A stretch of DNA of 64,000 nt from Eutreptiella sp. 'Long Island Sound 2002'. Its lineage: Eukaryota > Protista > Euglenida. The stretch is taken from positions 38,750,001-38,814,000 of the forward strand of contig OZ038379.1 in the NCBI GenBank assembly GCA_964036045.1, read 5' to 3'. A program made the translations under genes and the position numbers. The notes beneath the pieces were generated by a model. It was not told where the DNA came from, made no database searches, and saw nothing but the letters and a program-made list of their open reading frames with translations. Positions 49,525-61,684 of the stretch are shown here, piece by piece; the stretch's first letter is position 1, and each line of letters begins with the position of its first letter.

Positions 49525-50720
49525 TTAGACCTGACGCAAAGAGGAGTCCAGGTTAGGGTCCATGGTGACTGTGTTTGCGGCCACTGTACACACTGCATGG
49601 CCATACGTGACTACATATGTGTTTCTCCCAAATAAAGTGCTTCTTTGCTCTGCCAGGAATGCGCTCAAGGCTCCAAAAAGGGTAGCATATTTCTTGGCTA
49701 CATTCTCTACCACACCACAGGGGGCAGTGATTCTTGCTTGCCATTTCAACATAGCTGGCAATTGGTCGCATTGTGCCCCGGTCCCTAGATGAGAGTCGCC
49801 CTAAGGAGGCAAACTGTACCTTGCGATCAATCATCAACCACTTGAACACAAACTGACCATCCTGCCAAAGACGTCTAGAGACCTTCGCCACCTTTCTTCC
49901 CCTTGTCGGGTGACTAGGCGTTGTTAGCATACGTGGGGCACGCCGGTTGAGAAGATGTGCTCTAAGCGAGGTCTCTGGGAAGTTCTAAAACAGCACTGAT
50001 TTCCTCGTCTAGGCTCGCGGCGCCCTCACACGACAGGTCCTCATGTCCCTGCACGCTGGCTGTATCCCCCCCCCCCCCCCCGCCGCCTTTACCCGATTTC
50101 GCCTGTAATAAAATGAAAATGGCTTCTGGGGTGGGCAGGTCAATCCATTGGACCACCACATCTTCGGATTTCAAAAAGGTCTAAAGTATATTGGCAAGTT
50201 CCGCTGCCACCGCATATTCCCGCAAGTGGGAGTGCTCATCTGGTTTGAGCTAGCGCTGAGCGCTCCTCCACGGAAAAATGCCGCTATTTCGTGCCTTGGT
50301 GGTATTGGATTATGAAGAGGTGTTCGCAAATCTATACAAGGCGGGTTGGGTGCCAACGGCTACCGGGGTGAGGTCCCTGTAGATCCTGGGTTGTGTCTCT
50401 AACCCTCGGTTGCGGATTTCTGGGTGGTGTAGGTGCCTTATGGGTATATCGTGGAGTGGGCCCCGCTTGATAGCAGGATAGCAAAATGGGTTCCGGTCCA
50501 TGGTGATGACGTTACAAAACTCAAGCGACCTGATGGTGATATGGCGTCCCGGTACAGTTTGCCTCTTTTATCAATGATGGCTAATATCATGCGCCTGTGG
50601 AGTCGTCGCATCATCGCCTTGAAATCCAGCTGGTATGTTACCAACGGGGCGTGAAGGGGGCTTGGGCAGGTCTCCACAACAATCTAGACAGATCTCCAGG
50701 GAACGTGAGAGGCTCAGAGG
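49525..50720. pseudogene. Additional broken LINE RT N-terminal fragments on both strands
   Basis: Minus: GTMRPIA and FLAEQRSTLFGR. Plus (50433-50654): KRPDG...LPLLSMMANIMRLWSRR. Confidence 0.35.
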
Positions 50721-53173
50721 CGAAGGGATCCATGGCTTCGGTTACTCGTTGAACTTTTGTTGTTTGGTTGCCCGTAAAATGCATCTTTTTCCCCTCGGGG
50801 CCGAAGGACGTATTTTTTGCCGTTGTCCGGGTAGGTATGCAGCACATCGCCGTGGTGCCTGGCTCTAGTTCGCTGATGGATGATGCCGCTAGGGGTTTAA
50901 ATTTCACTTGAAAAGACCCATCCTGCATATGTGGTGACGTTACGGCATCCGACAGCTCCTATTGCCATGGCGGGACATTGTACATGTCATTGAGTAATTC
51001 ATTCCTTGGTATGGTTGCCTTGGTGTCATGATGGATTTTGTCCCAATACAAACGTCCCCAGCCGTGTTCGTTTGGTACCCAGTGGTGTAGTGTGGAATGT
51101 CCCAATGAAATGTGGTAATGGGTTTTGGTCAGTTCTGTAGGGACATCTTCGGCGATGCCTGAGGGGGGATGGGACCCTTGGTGGCTGGACCCCGAGGCTG
51201 TGAGCTTGTTGTACAGCACCTTGACCGGGGTGAGCATGCTTCGATTAATGATGTGTCGTGTCACGTTTTGTTTCGATTGCAGCGACTCCCCCCTGGAGGT
51301 TGCCGGTGGAGGGGAGAGGGGGCGGCAAAGAAAAGAGACCCGTTCCTCGTACCCATCCCTGGGCGTGCACATGAGGCCACATTTCGTCTATCCCCTGTTG
51401 CGATGTTGTCCCGGGCTCTCGTGAGCAGGCTGCGAAAGGATTGCACAGTGTAGAGGGCCAACTCGCCAAGTACGGTGGTCTGACAACTCCGCATGGGGGT
51501 TTGTGATCGGGCCATCTCACTGAGGGTGGTGGCGTTTCTGGGCGTGTCCGCGTGGTTGGATGAGTGGGCTCGGCATTGGGCCGTCCCTGACACCCGGGGC
51601 CGGGTGTCGCTCTCTGTCCGTTATGGGAGTTCCCATGTGGGGGGGGGGGGTCGCATGTTCAAGTTCTATGGGCTTGTGGCCCGGGGGTAGGGGTGGGACA
51701 CCCATGGTACAGGCCATTGCACTGTGCGTAGTGGCCGTGGGTGTGGTATGCTCCTGGGGGGGGGGGGGGTTCCCTCATCCCTCTCCCTAGTGTGCTGGAC
51801 CTCTGGACTTTATGTCCATGCTTGGATCCGTCATGATTCCATCGGCTGTCTTGTGACTACACACACGTCATCATCCGGCAGCGGTGAATAACTCGGGTTG
51901 TTGCCCTACATATGATGAGTGAGGCACTCAGAAAACACGGTTGGACGACTGCATGCCTTGTTTGCCATTTGCAGCGAATCGTTTGGTGCAAGAATGCATG
52001 CTCACATACCTGCAGTGGCATCTGGGAGTTGCTGGCGCTCCCGGCCTATGAGGAACGCGGATAGTGAGTAGGCCTCTCCACGGAACTCAATCTCGGTTTG
52101 TCCTTCCCGTTCTTCGAAGTCTGGTAGGCCTGCCGCATGATCGGAACTTACGAACACCTTGGTTACTTGGTTGTGGTGGGGATACAGGGAGTCGTGATAT
52201 TGCTGAATAGGGTGCTGCACAAATCGTCAAACGCGGCGCCAGTGGCGGGTTGAGTGCTGTCCTCGGTGCCGCGATGGTTGATGCAATGTTCTAGGAGTGT
52301 CGTCTTGGGCTCCACGTGGGACATGGACCACTGCACTCTATCTCCCCGGCTATTAGTCCAGCTGCTGCTCTGTCGGTTGATCGTGAAGATGTCCAGTTGC
52401 ACCTTCATCCCAATCCATGTAGTCGTGTTCCTCCTAATGCTCGTCGTCGTACCACCCCATGTGTGCCTCATCCCTTGATCATGGTGATGACGTCCGGGTC
52501 GTCGTACAGGTCCCCGTCAAGGTCTTCCGAACGGCTATTGGTACAGGTTCCTCTGGCGGACGTTGTTGTGTTGAGGTCGTGACCCGCTGAGCTGTAGATA
52601 TGGCCTTCCGCTGTGTGTGTGGCCAATTCATCGGATAGGCTGCTGGTCATGGTGGCGTCCGTGGCACTGAGCGCGGGGGCGGATGTACCGAAGCCCGCCA
52701 TGATGTTCGGGGTGACGTCTATGAGGTAACGGCCAACGCCCGCTCCGCCTACTAGGTGCTGTTGCAGATCATTGCCCCGGGGCATGTCCCCAAGGAGGCA
52801 TGGCGGAGAAGACATCCAAAAAAATAGACACGAAAAAAACAGACACGCAGAAAGATTGCGTATGCATTTATATGTAGTTCATGTCGGTAATATGCTCTGT
52901 TTTCCATTTCTTTTTCCCTCTCTCCCGTGATGACGGTTCTAACCGGACTACCGAGACTTTGGAGCTACGTAGTGAGCCAGAGGAATGGAAAGTAAGAAGT
53001 GCATTTTTGAAGGTTGAGAATGCCTGTGATAGAGGTGTGAGCCCCTGTCAGCTAGCCACCTGGTCTTTCCCACTTGATCCAAATGGATATGAAAGTGTCA
53101 AAGGTGGGTATTGCAAATTGTTGACGCAAAGCACACCATAAAGACCAGCGAGCTGCTCTTGCCGTCCAGAGCA

Positions 53174-54130
53174 TTAATGCCCAAAGGGGTGGGTAAAGAA
53201 TGTGTCACCGGGAGGCTGCGTGGGGCCAATTTTCCTGAGTAGTTTGGGGTTGGGGTTCCCTACAGAGTCAAAGAGGTCCCCCACCGTAAGAATTCCTAGC
53301 TTGAGCAATGCAGGGCTGTAGTACGTGAGATGACTACCCATTTGGAATATTGAACTGTGCCACAAAAGTATTGAGTTGACTGGAGTGTAGGTCGACAATC
53401 CTTCACATACATATCTCCGTCCCTGAGAAGACGCTTTCAATGACCGGGCAAAAAGTACCTCATTGTGTTGTATGGGACTGGCCCTAACTGCAAAAGAGAA
53501 AGTAGCGCGTGCATGCAGGTGCACACCATAATTGTACGCCCGGAGCTAAAAATGCTGTGCGAACTGAGACGGAAGCCCTGCCTGCACACACAGCCATGTT
53601 TCAGGTAAGGAGAGTGTATCCCCCTTCATCAGGGGCAGCGCCAGCTGGGTGAGCGTTAAACCCCAGCTATCTGGGCCCAATGCCGTTTTATAAACCGTTT
53701 TTAGAGAACGGTCAACTGTCTTATCGGGACAGTGGCACGCACCAACAAGAGACGAGGCAGAATCCACACCTTCAGCAGCTATACCCGTTCATGCACTGAA
53801 AAAGGGAAAGCTCCCATCACGGATGCCCTGGCAAAAGCCTGTGAGGCTGTGAGATGTCCCACTAGTACTCCAAGGTATTTTATATGCTCTTTGATGGCTA
53901 TACCAAAATTGGTGAAGCGCTCTCGCTGTCCTTCTGTAAACCTGCCTTTAAGCACAAAGCCTTTAACCACATTTATCAATGTTCAAAGTAAGACCCGACA
54001 CCACCTTGATTTCCTCCATAGCCTCCAACAGACGTTGAATTTTTTTTGTACAGCTTAGGGCCGGTAACAAGTACACAGAGATCATCAACATAAAGATAAG
54101 GACTGGGTGGGGCAGGGGTCCATAAAGGGG
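53174..54130 (-). pseudogene. L1/Tx1-like LINE reverse transcriptase, C-terminal half, frameshifted
   Basis: LYVDDLC (YxDD), SGLTLNIDKC, IKYLGVLVG and the post-RT LLWHSSIF...LLKLGILTVGDLF signature, in the correct order. Confidence 0.85.
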
Positions 54131-55179
54131 GGGGGGCGCCAGTATAGTACAGCTGTTGGATGGGGCAGGGTGGGGGGTGCACAAGATTGAGAGGCAGAGA
54201 TGTAGTATGAGCGTCATGACACACCTGCCCAAGTGAGGTAGGGGCCCCATATGGATTGTGTGTCATAGCCATAGCGGCACTAGTGGTGCGAGCCTGGTTG
54301 CGATCAGGCACCAACACCGACAGCTCCGAGTGAGGGTTGCAGCGGTGGCGGAGCTCGGAGCCCTCGCAATTGATCCGCTCAGGGAAGGGCACAGGCCCAG
54401 ATGCGGTGGAGCTGGAAGCGGCGTCATGGCTGCCGCTGTGGCAGTGTGTGGATGTTGGCTGCAAGCCGACCGGGTCGTGTTTGTCCTCACGACCTGTGGC
54501 GCTGCAACGGGGCTGCATGGGGTCTTGCTGCTGCCAATACATGTTAAATAAGCCAGGTCCCAGACTGAGGACAAGAGAAGTGGAAGATGCCGCAGCAGAG
54601 GAGAGTCATATGATGAAATACAGATCCACCACCAGAGTACCACGACAGAGCACCACAGCAAACCTCGCTTTCGGAGAACCACTCACCACCTGCTTTGGGG
54701 TGTCCCGAATGCACTTTTCTGCTGTTTCCAATTTCAGGGTGTGGTAGCAATGAACCAAATAGCACCTGTAACACTGCAATGTCCGTGCCACGATTAGCAT
54801 GACTCCCGCCGGCCTCCCTGCCCCTCGCCCCCCCCCCCCCCCCCATGCACTGCGCAAGTACAGCCGAAATTAGGCAAACCACTGTATGATGGAGTTGCTT
54901 CACTTTGACGAGGTCATTACGGCACGCGCAACCCGTGGTGCAACAAAGCAGAAACACGCGAGAAGCCTGCGCGTACTTCACACAGAACAAAATCCTCCCA
55001 ACAGGGCACTACAATGCAGTTTACAAGCAAATTTCAGCATATTCTTGATGTCCTCAATCTCCATTATGGGCACGAGGAGAAGCCCTTTCCAACGCTGCAC
55101 AAGCACCTCGTACTCGCGTGTATAATGTGCACTCGCGTGACACTCAGAAAATATATATATGCATATGCATATATTTTGA

Positions 55180-55967
55180 GAGTCAGCGCGAGTGTACCCC
55201 CAGTTTTTTTTTTTGAGTGTCAGCACGACTGCTGATGAAAAAAAATCCAATCTGAACGCCATTGCTACTTGGAGAGGTGAAGTGCGGCAAGATTTTGGGT
55301 ACTCCAAGCATGGGCAAGGCAATGGAGCCGTGGCGCAAATGGATGATAAGAGGGATGGGAGGGAAGACCAATGGGTGGGCATTGGATACACCGCAGGTGT
55401 ACAACAGATTAGTTGGTAGGTTAGGGTCTATCGGGTTTCATGAGCACAGGGAATACAAGAGGAAGGGGTTGAGGGAGAACGTGGTCACAGTAGTGGACTG
55501 CCGTAGATGGCCAGCACAAAAAATCATGCTACCCATATATCGGATCGGGTGCCCTAGATAAGGGCCAAACTGTAATTGAAGAGGCCCTGTGCGATGCTGT
55601 CACTTGGGCCAAAGGTAAAACAAGTTCGCACATGAGTGACAGGGCACGCAAGGAGTTCTCGAACTCCACACTGATGCTTTGGCTGTCAAAATATGACAGC
55701 AAATTCAGACTGCCAGGGGAGTGGGGTTTCACTGAGCTCGAGCACGGTAAAAGCGACTATGACGGGCTAGGCGCCGGTATAAAAAAGAAGCTATGTTTTC
55801 AGTATTTATGGAAGCACACCAAGGGTGTCCCCATGAGGGGGAAATACGCCAAATATAAAGAGTATAGGTTTAAAACCTTGCTTGCAACGGGAGATGTAAA
55901 ATACCGCCATTTGCCATGCTTCTGTGCCATGTGCCTTGCACAAAGGTATGCTTTGTGTAAAAATTAA
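55180..55967 (+). pseudogene. Sola2-like DDD transposase remnant
   Basis: MSDRARKEFSNS...WGFTELEHGKSDYDGLGAGIKK resembles SDG..SQFKN...W.F...HGKG..DG.G...K, followed by PCFCAMC. Confidence 0.6.
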
Positions 55968-56623
55968 GACTACGTGGGTGAATGGACCACGGTGCAAGTG
56001 GCACGAAAGTAAAAAGAAATGAAATGCTTTGTGTGGTGCATGTTTTGGTGTGGCAGGGAAAACATGCGGGTTTTTTTTCCAAAACGGCCCATGTTGGCGG
56101 CTTCGCCCTAACACCCCATTGTTTCAAATCAAGCCGAAATCTTGATTTTTGAATTCTTCACGTCCAAAATAGGGGGAGGTCAATTTTTCAATCATAACCG
56201 TATCAACAACATGGAGAAAATCCAAAAATGGCCGAACGCACATGGTGCTGGGACGCACAGCATAGAAGGTAAAAAATGGCAGGAAAATGCTGAGCATATT
56301 GCTCAGGATATTTGGGGTTGATCTCGGAAAAAACAGCCAAAATTTCTTCCGAGCTCCCCCGGCACGGTCGGCTGGGAAGCCCATGGAACATTCCTACCGA
56401 TATCGGTTGCGTTTTGGGACCCGATCTGGCTGCCAAAACTTCCGAGCATCTTTCCGAGGGATTTCAAAAACTTCCAGGCGTTTTTCCATCGGTTTTTTGT
56501 ACGATGAACTACACCGTTCTTGGTTCCCAAATCCCACACCTCAGCAAAGAAACACACACAAAGACAAGCATGACCGTTCACTTACGCTTGAAATGTGAAT
56601 GCTCAGTGGCTTGCCTGTTCATT

Positions 56624-56864
56624 TCAGCTTGAACTGTGAATGCGGTACTCTCCTTCGCTGAGCATCTGCACAGGACAGCCATCGCTTGACATGGCATCCA
56701 CATCCACCACCACACGGCGATACTTCTTGGGTTGAGGTTGCGGTTCAGGGTTGTCACTGGATGATGAGGAAGAATCTGAGGCACTTACTGTGGAGGCACC
56801 AGATAGGTGCACAGCATCATCATCCGAATCATTATCCTCAGGACTGCTACTGCCCCCACTATCA

Positions 56865-56911
<47 letters not shown>

Positions 56912-59122
56912 ACTGCTGCTACTGCCACTGCCACGAGGGCACACAAGTTGCTGCTCAATGTCGCTATCAACAATGGGTACACGCGCCAACTTCGTACGTC
57001 TCATGGGTTGAACACGCTGCTGCTCGTTCCAACCCGTAGGACCTTGAAATGAAGCAGCACTGTCCTCGCCCTCCGAAGGGGGTACAATATCAACTGTCGC
57101 AGGAGTAGAAACTCTGCTTTGAGGGATGGGCCCCACACGTCCCTTACCCTTTCCCTTGTCCTTCAGCGCCTTACGGCGTGCAGCACAGGACTTAAATGTG
57201 GCACGGCTCTTCAAACCCAGTTTGGGCCACTTGCAGACAGCTTCCCTGTCCAGTGGTACCCATTGACGGACACCACGCTTTGAGCCACAGGTCCCACACA
57301 CACATACCACATCACTCTCAAGATTTGCACCTGGAAAGGTGCATTTCACCGAACGGGTGTCTGGGTGCATATATAGGGAGCAACCACCTCCATCCTGGAA
57401 ATGCAGCAAATGCTCTAAGAGGCGTTGGAAGACCACATGCCACACGGCATTGGCAGCAACCATGCACGCCTCCAGAACAACGTTTCGTTGCACGGGCGCC
57501 CAAATTTTGGCACAGGGGATCTTCTTTTTTTTCTGCACGAACTTTTGATACAGCTCATGCTTCAAACTTTCACTAATACTGGCATCTTGCCTGGTACTAG
57601 TGACGGGGGCATATCTCTTGGCCACCCTGAGATCCCGCTCGCCGGCCTCATCGGAATACAGCATGGGTGTCCGTGGATTAAACCATGTGTGGGACCACCC
57701 ATGCATATATAAGGTTGCAGTGCAACCTTCTTCAGCAAACTCGGGGATGATGTGCACAATATATGTGTACAACATCCCCATAGCTTGCCATGTGACAGTT
57801 GCCAGGTTATTACAACCATAGCATAGATGCACCATGTGGCAAAATGCCACCACCAAGGAATGGAAAGGCAGGGGGAGCACCATACCCTGCTAGTCCGCCC
57901 ATGACTGTGCGAGCCTCGCGACCTGTGAGGCTAATGTCTGCCTGGAATCTACCTCGTACGTGACGCATGTGCTGCCTGCTATCAGGTGGCAAAGATCCAG
58001 GATCATACCTCCTTGCCACATGTGCTATGACCTGGAGCAGGTCATGGTTGTAGGGCGCTGGTAGTGTTCTACTTATGACACCCAGGATCCTGGAGGCTGC
58101 TCCTTTGGTGTTGTGCAATACAGGTTGCACAATATATACCTCTTCCAGGTTAGAAACCCCCTGAAACTTATGGGACCCACGCACACCATTGAGACATCCC
58201 CCTTTGTGCAAAAAGAGTTCTCCCGCCCCATCCTTATTCACCCAGGGACACGCCACACAGCCCTTTTGCCGGCACTCAGACCACAAATGGTGGTGATCGG
58301 CAGTGATTGCCCCGAGCCTTATCTGCAGGGTGGTGTTGTACACTGCACCAGCATACTTCATACGTTGCTTAAATTTACAAGAAGGTAGGGCTTGTAAGGC
58401 CTCTGCACGTTTGGGTAGCCACTCGCAATCACTGACCTTGGGAAGCTCTTGCCAGGTCAACATGTCTGTGCACCTAGGCACATTGCCAGACATTGGGAAC
58501 CAGTGTCCCTGGAAATCAATTATACTGATTTTTGTGTTAATATTTGGACGGCCCCGGGGCTGGTAACCGTCTGCGTAGAGGCCTAAGGTGAGGGTGGCAT
58601 GGGGTGGTGGGGGTTTCTGCCGGCCTTGGGCAGCCAATGAGCCACACTTCTGTAGAAGTAGGTGGCACAGCTGTGGTAACAACTTCCTGTTGTCCAGGGA
58701 GTAGTCCACTGCAGGAAGATGCAGGTCCTCCTGTTGCCTTAAAGCAACCATTGACCAACCAACCCCTGGTTGGAGATGGTCTAAGGTGCGCAAGACAGCG
58801 GCTGGCACCACATGCTCATGGCGAAGGCGAAGTGCAGCAGCCTGGCACTCTGGTGCTTGGGTGACTGATGTGGCCTGTGTGGTAGGCAAAGGGCCAAGGG
58901 ACCTACGCACAACTGTGAAGGTGCCACTTGGGGGGCGCTGTAGCTGGTCTAGGTCCTTGGCCTGCAAGGGGGTGGCCGTGGGGAAGTTCATGGCAAAGGC
59001 TGACACCATGAATTGATCAGCTGGAATAGGGCATATGCTGGCGAATGCCTCCAGCTTGGAGATCTCCCCCTTCACCCATATAGCATGGTTGTTCACAACA
59101 AATTCATGGTGAAACATGGTGC
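56624..59122 (-). CDS. Family B transposase main exon (one frameshift near 57885)
   Basis: ORFs 57810-59117 and 56624-57883 give LGLYADGY (D), ITADHHHLWSECRQKGCVAC (D, CxxC), QPVLHNTKG, LYMHGWSH, LYSDEAGERD (like Transib SEEAQE), then a CVCGTC cluster, a basic KGKGKG stretch and a poly-Ser tail. Acceptor TCTTCTGTTTCCCAG ends at 59123. Confidence 0.85.
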
Positions 59123-59142
59123 CTGGGAAACAGAAGATTGCA

Positions 59143-60857
59143 GTAGGCCATTGTTTTGCTTGGTTTCAAAGGAACCATGTATGGAAAGCCCCAACCAGTA
59201 CCTTTCACTAGAAGCTTGAATTGCCAGGATTGCTCCAACCAGTTTGGAGATCCAAGGGTCCAAAGTGTGCTCGACTATCCACCCCCTCCCTCTGCACCAC
59301 TGTTTTGCTTGGTCTCAAAGGAACCATGTATGGAAAGCCCCAACCAGTACCTTTCACCACAAGCTTGAATTGCCAGGATTGCTCCAACCAGTTTGGAGAT
59401 CCAAGGGTCCAAAGTGTGCTCGACTATCCGCCCCCTCCCTCTGCGCCACTGTTTTGCTTGGTCTCACAGGAACCATGTATGGAAAGCCCCAACCAGTACC
59501 TTTCACTAGAAGCTTGAATTGCCAGGATTGCTCCAACCAGTTTCGAGATCCAAGGGTCCAAAGTGTGCTCGACTATCCGCCCCCTCACTTTGCGCCACTG
59601 TTTTGCTTGGTTTCAAAGGAACCATGTATGGAAAGCCCCAACCAGTACCTTTCACTAGAAGCTTGAATTGCCACGATTGCTCCAACCAGTTTGGAGATCC
59701 AAGGGTCCAAAGTGTGCTCGACTATCCACCCCCTCCCTCTGCACCACTGGTTTGCTTGGTCTCAAAGGAACCATGTATGGAACGCCCCAACCAGTACCTT
59801 TCACCACAAGCTTGAATTGCCAGGATTGCTCCAACCAGTTTGGAGATCCAAGGGTCCAAAGTGTGCTCGACTATCCACCCCCTCCCTCTGCGCCACTATT
59901 TTGCTTGGTCTCAAAGGAACCATGTATGGAAAGCCCCAACCAGTACCTTTCACCACAAGCTTGAATTGCCAGGATTGCTCCAACCAGTTTGGAGATCCAA
60001 GGGTCCAAAGTGTGCTCGACTATCCGCCCCCTCCCTCTGCGCCACTGTTTTGCTTGGTCTCAGAGGAACCATGTATGGAAAGCCCCAACCAGTACCTTTC
60101 ACCAGAAGCTTGAATTGCCAGGATTGCTCCAACCAGTTTGGAGATCCAAGGGTCCAAAGTGTGCTCGACTATCCACCCCCTCCCTCTGCACCAGTGGTTT
60201 GCTTGGTCTCAAAGGAACCATGTATGGAAAGCCTCAACCAGTACCTTTCACCACAAGCTTGAATTGCCAGGATTGCTCCAACCAGTTTGGAGATCCAAGG
60301 GTCCAAAGTGTGCTCGACTATCCGCCCCCTCCCTCTGCGCCACTGTTTTGCTTGGTTTCAAAGGAACCATGTATGGAAAGCCCCAACCAGTACCTTTCAC
60401 CCGAAGCTTGAATTGCCAGGATTGCCCGAACCAGTTTGGAGATCCAAGGGTCCAAAGTGTGCTCGACTATCCGCCCCCTCACTCTGCACCACTGTTTTGC
60501 TTGGTTCCAAAGGAACCATGTATGGAACGCCCCAACCAGTACCTTTCACCACAAGCTTGAATTGCCAGGATTGCTCCAACCAGTTTCGAGATCCAAGGGT
60601 CCAAAGTGTGCTCGACTATCGGCCCCCTCCCTCTGCGCCACTGTTTTGCTTGGTCTCAAAGGAACCATGTATGGAAAGCCCCAACCAGTACCTTTCACCA
60701 GAACCTTGAATTGCCAGGATTGCTCCAACCAGTTTCGAGATCCAAGGGTCCAAAGTGTGCTCGACTATCCGCCCCCTCCCTCTGCGCCACTGTTTTGCTT
60801 GGTTTCAAAGGAACCATGTATGGAAAGCCCCAACCAGTACCTTTCACCAGAACCTTC
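59143..60857. repeat. 149-bp tandem satellite, ~11.5 highly similar units, inside the predicted intron
   Basis: CCAAGGGTCC at 59252, 59401, 59550 and onward. Shares cores (GTGTGCTCGACTATCCGCCCCCT, CCACTGTTT, CCAGTA(C/G)CTTTCACCAGAA) with the 22.3-23.3 kb array. Confidence 0.97.
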
Positions 60858-60863
60858 ATTTGC

Positions 60864-61020
60864 CCGGATTGCCCGGTTCGGGAACTTCGGTATTGGCTGT
60901 GTCCGCATCAATGAGCTCGCCCTCAAGCTCCAAATCTGGTTCCGGGACCTGCTGAACGGGCTGGTGGGGCTGAGCGGACGAAGACGAGGCACTAGCGGCA
61001 CTGCCTTGACTATTAGACAT
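60864..61020 (-). CDS. Family B copy 2 putative first coding exon
   Basis: MSNSQGSAASASSSS...EVPEPGNPG. A phase-1 GC donor (G|GCAAAT) at 60863 joins in frame to the acceptor at 59123. Paralog at 26284-26406. Confidence 0.55.
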
Positions 61021-61684
61021 GTCTCTTGCGGGTGACAAAAAGTGTTCTGAGCACAAAAAGGGAATACATTAGTGAGTCTACTCAAAGGGGCCTAGGTGAG
61101 AAAGCGACACACATGCAAAAAGACAAACCACAAAAGCAGGCACAAAGCTTCACAAGGGACAAAGGGCAAACATTCATCAGCTTGAGTACAGTGTTCTCGA
61201 TGCAAGTTTGTAGGCAAAGCACCCACCAAGGATCAAACTGGCGTTGCACATGTCAAAAGCAAAAGTCCAAATTCACAAAGGAGCACAAAGGGGAAGCAAT
61301 CATAAGCTTGAGCACAGTGTTCTCCATGCAGTTTTGTAGGCAAAGCAGACAAAGGGTAGACAAACATTAGCTTCAACGTGCTGTTCTCCATGGCATCTTG
61401 CAGGCAAGGTAGGCACCAAGCATCCAACCAAAATTCCACTGGGTTCGGGCTGAAAAATTTCTTCCGAGCTCCGCCGGCACGGTCGGCTGGGAAGCCCATG
61501 GAACATTCCTACCGATATTGGTTGCGTTTTGGGACCCGATCTGGCTGCCAAAACTTCCGAGCATCTTTCCAAGGGTTTTCGAAAACTTCCAAGCGACAGA
61601 CCGAAGCATATTGCATGCACGTCGGTACAGATTTCCTAAAATTGCCACCTGTAACCGGACAATATTGGTCTCTCTTCCAATGTT

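Noticed and set aside
52002-52815. Gag-like or host gene from consecutive minus-strand ORFs
   Set aside because: Frames are broken, and no zinc knuckle or other diagnostic motif is present.
59143-60857. CRISPR-like array, or repeated 98-140-aa ORFs
   Set aside because: Units are whole 149-bp tandem copies with no unique spacers and no cas genes. The ORFs are by-products of the periodicity.
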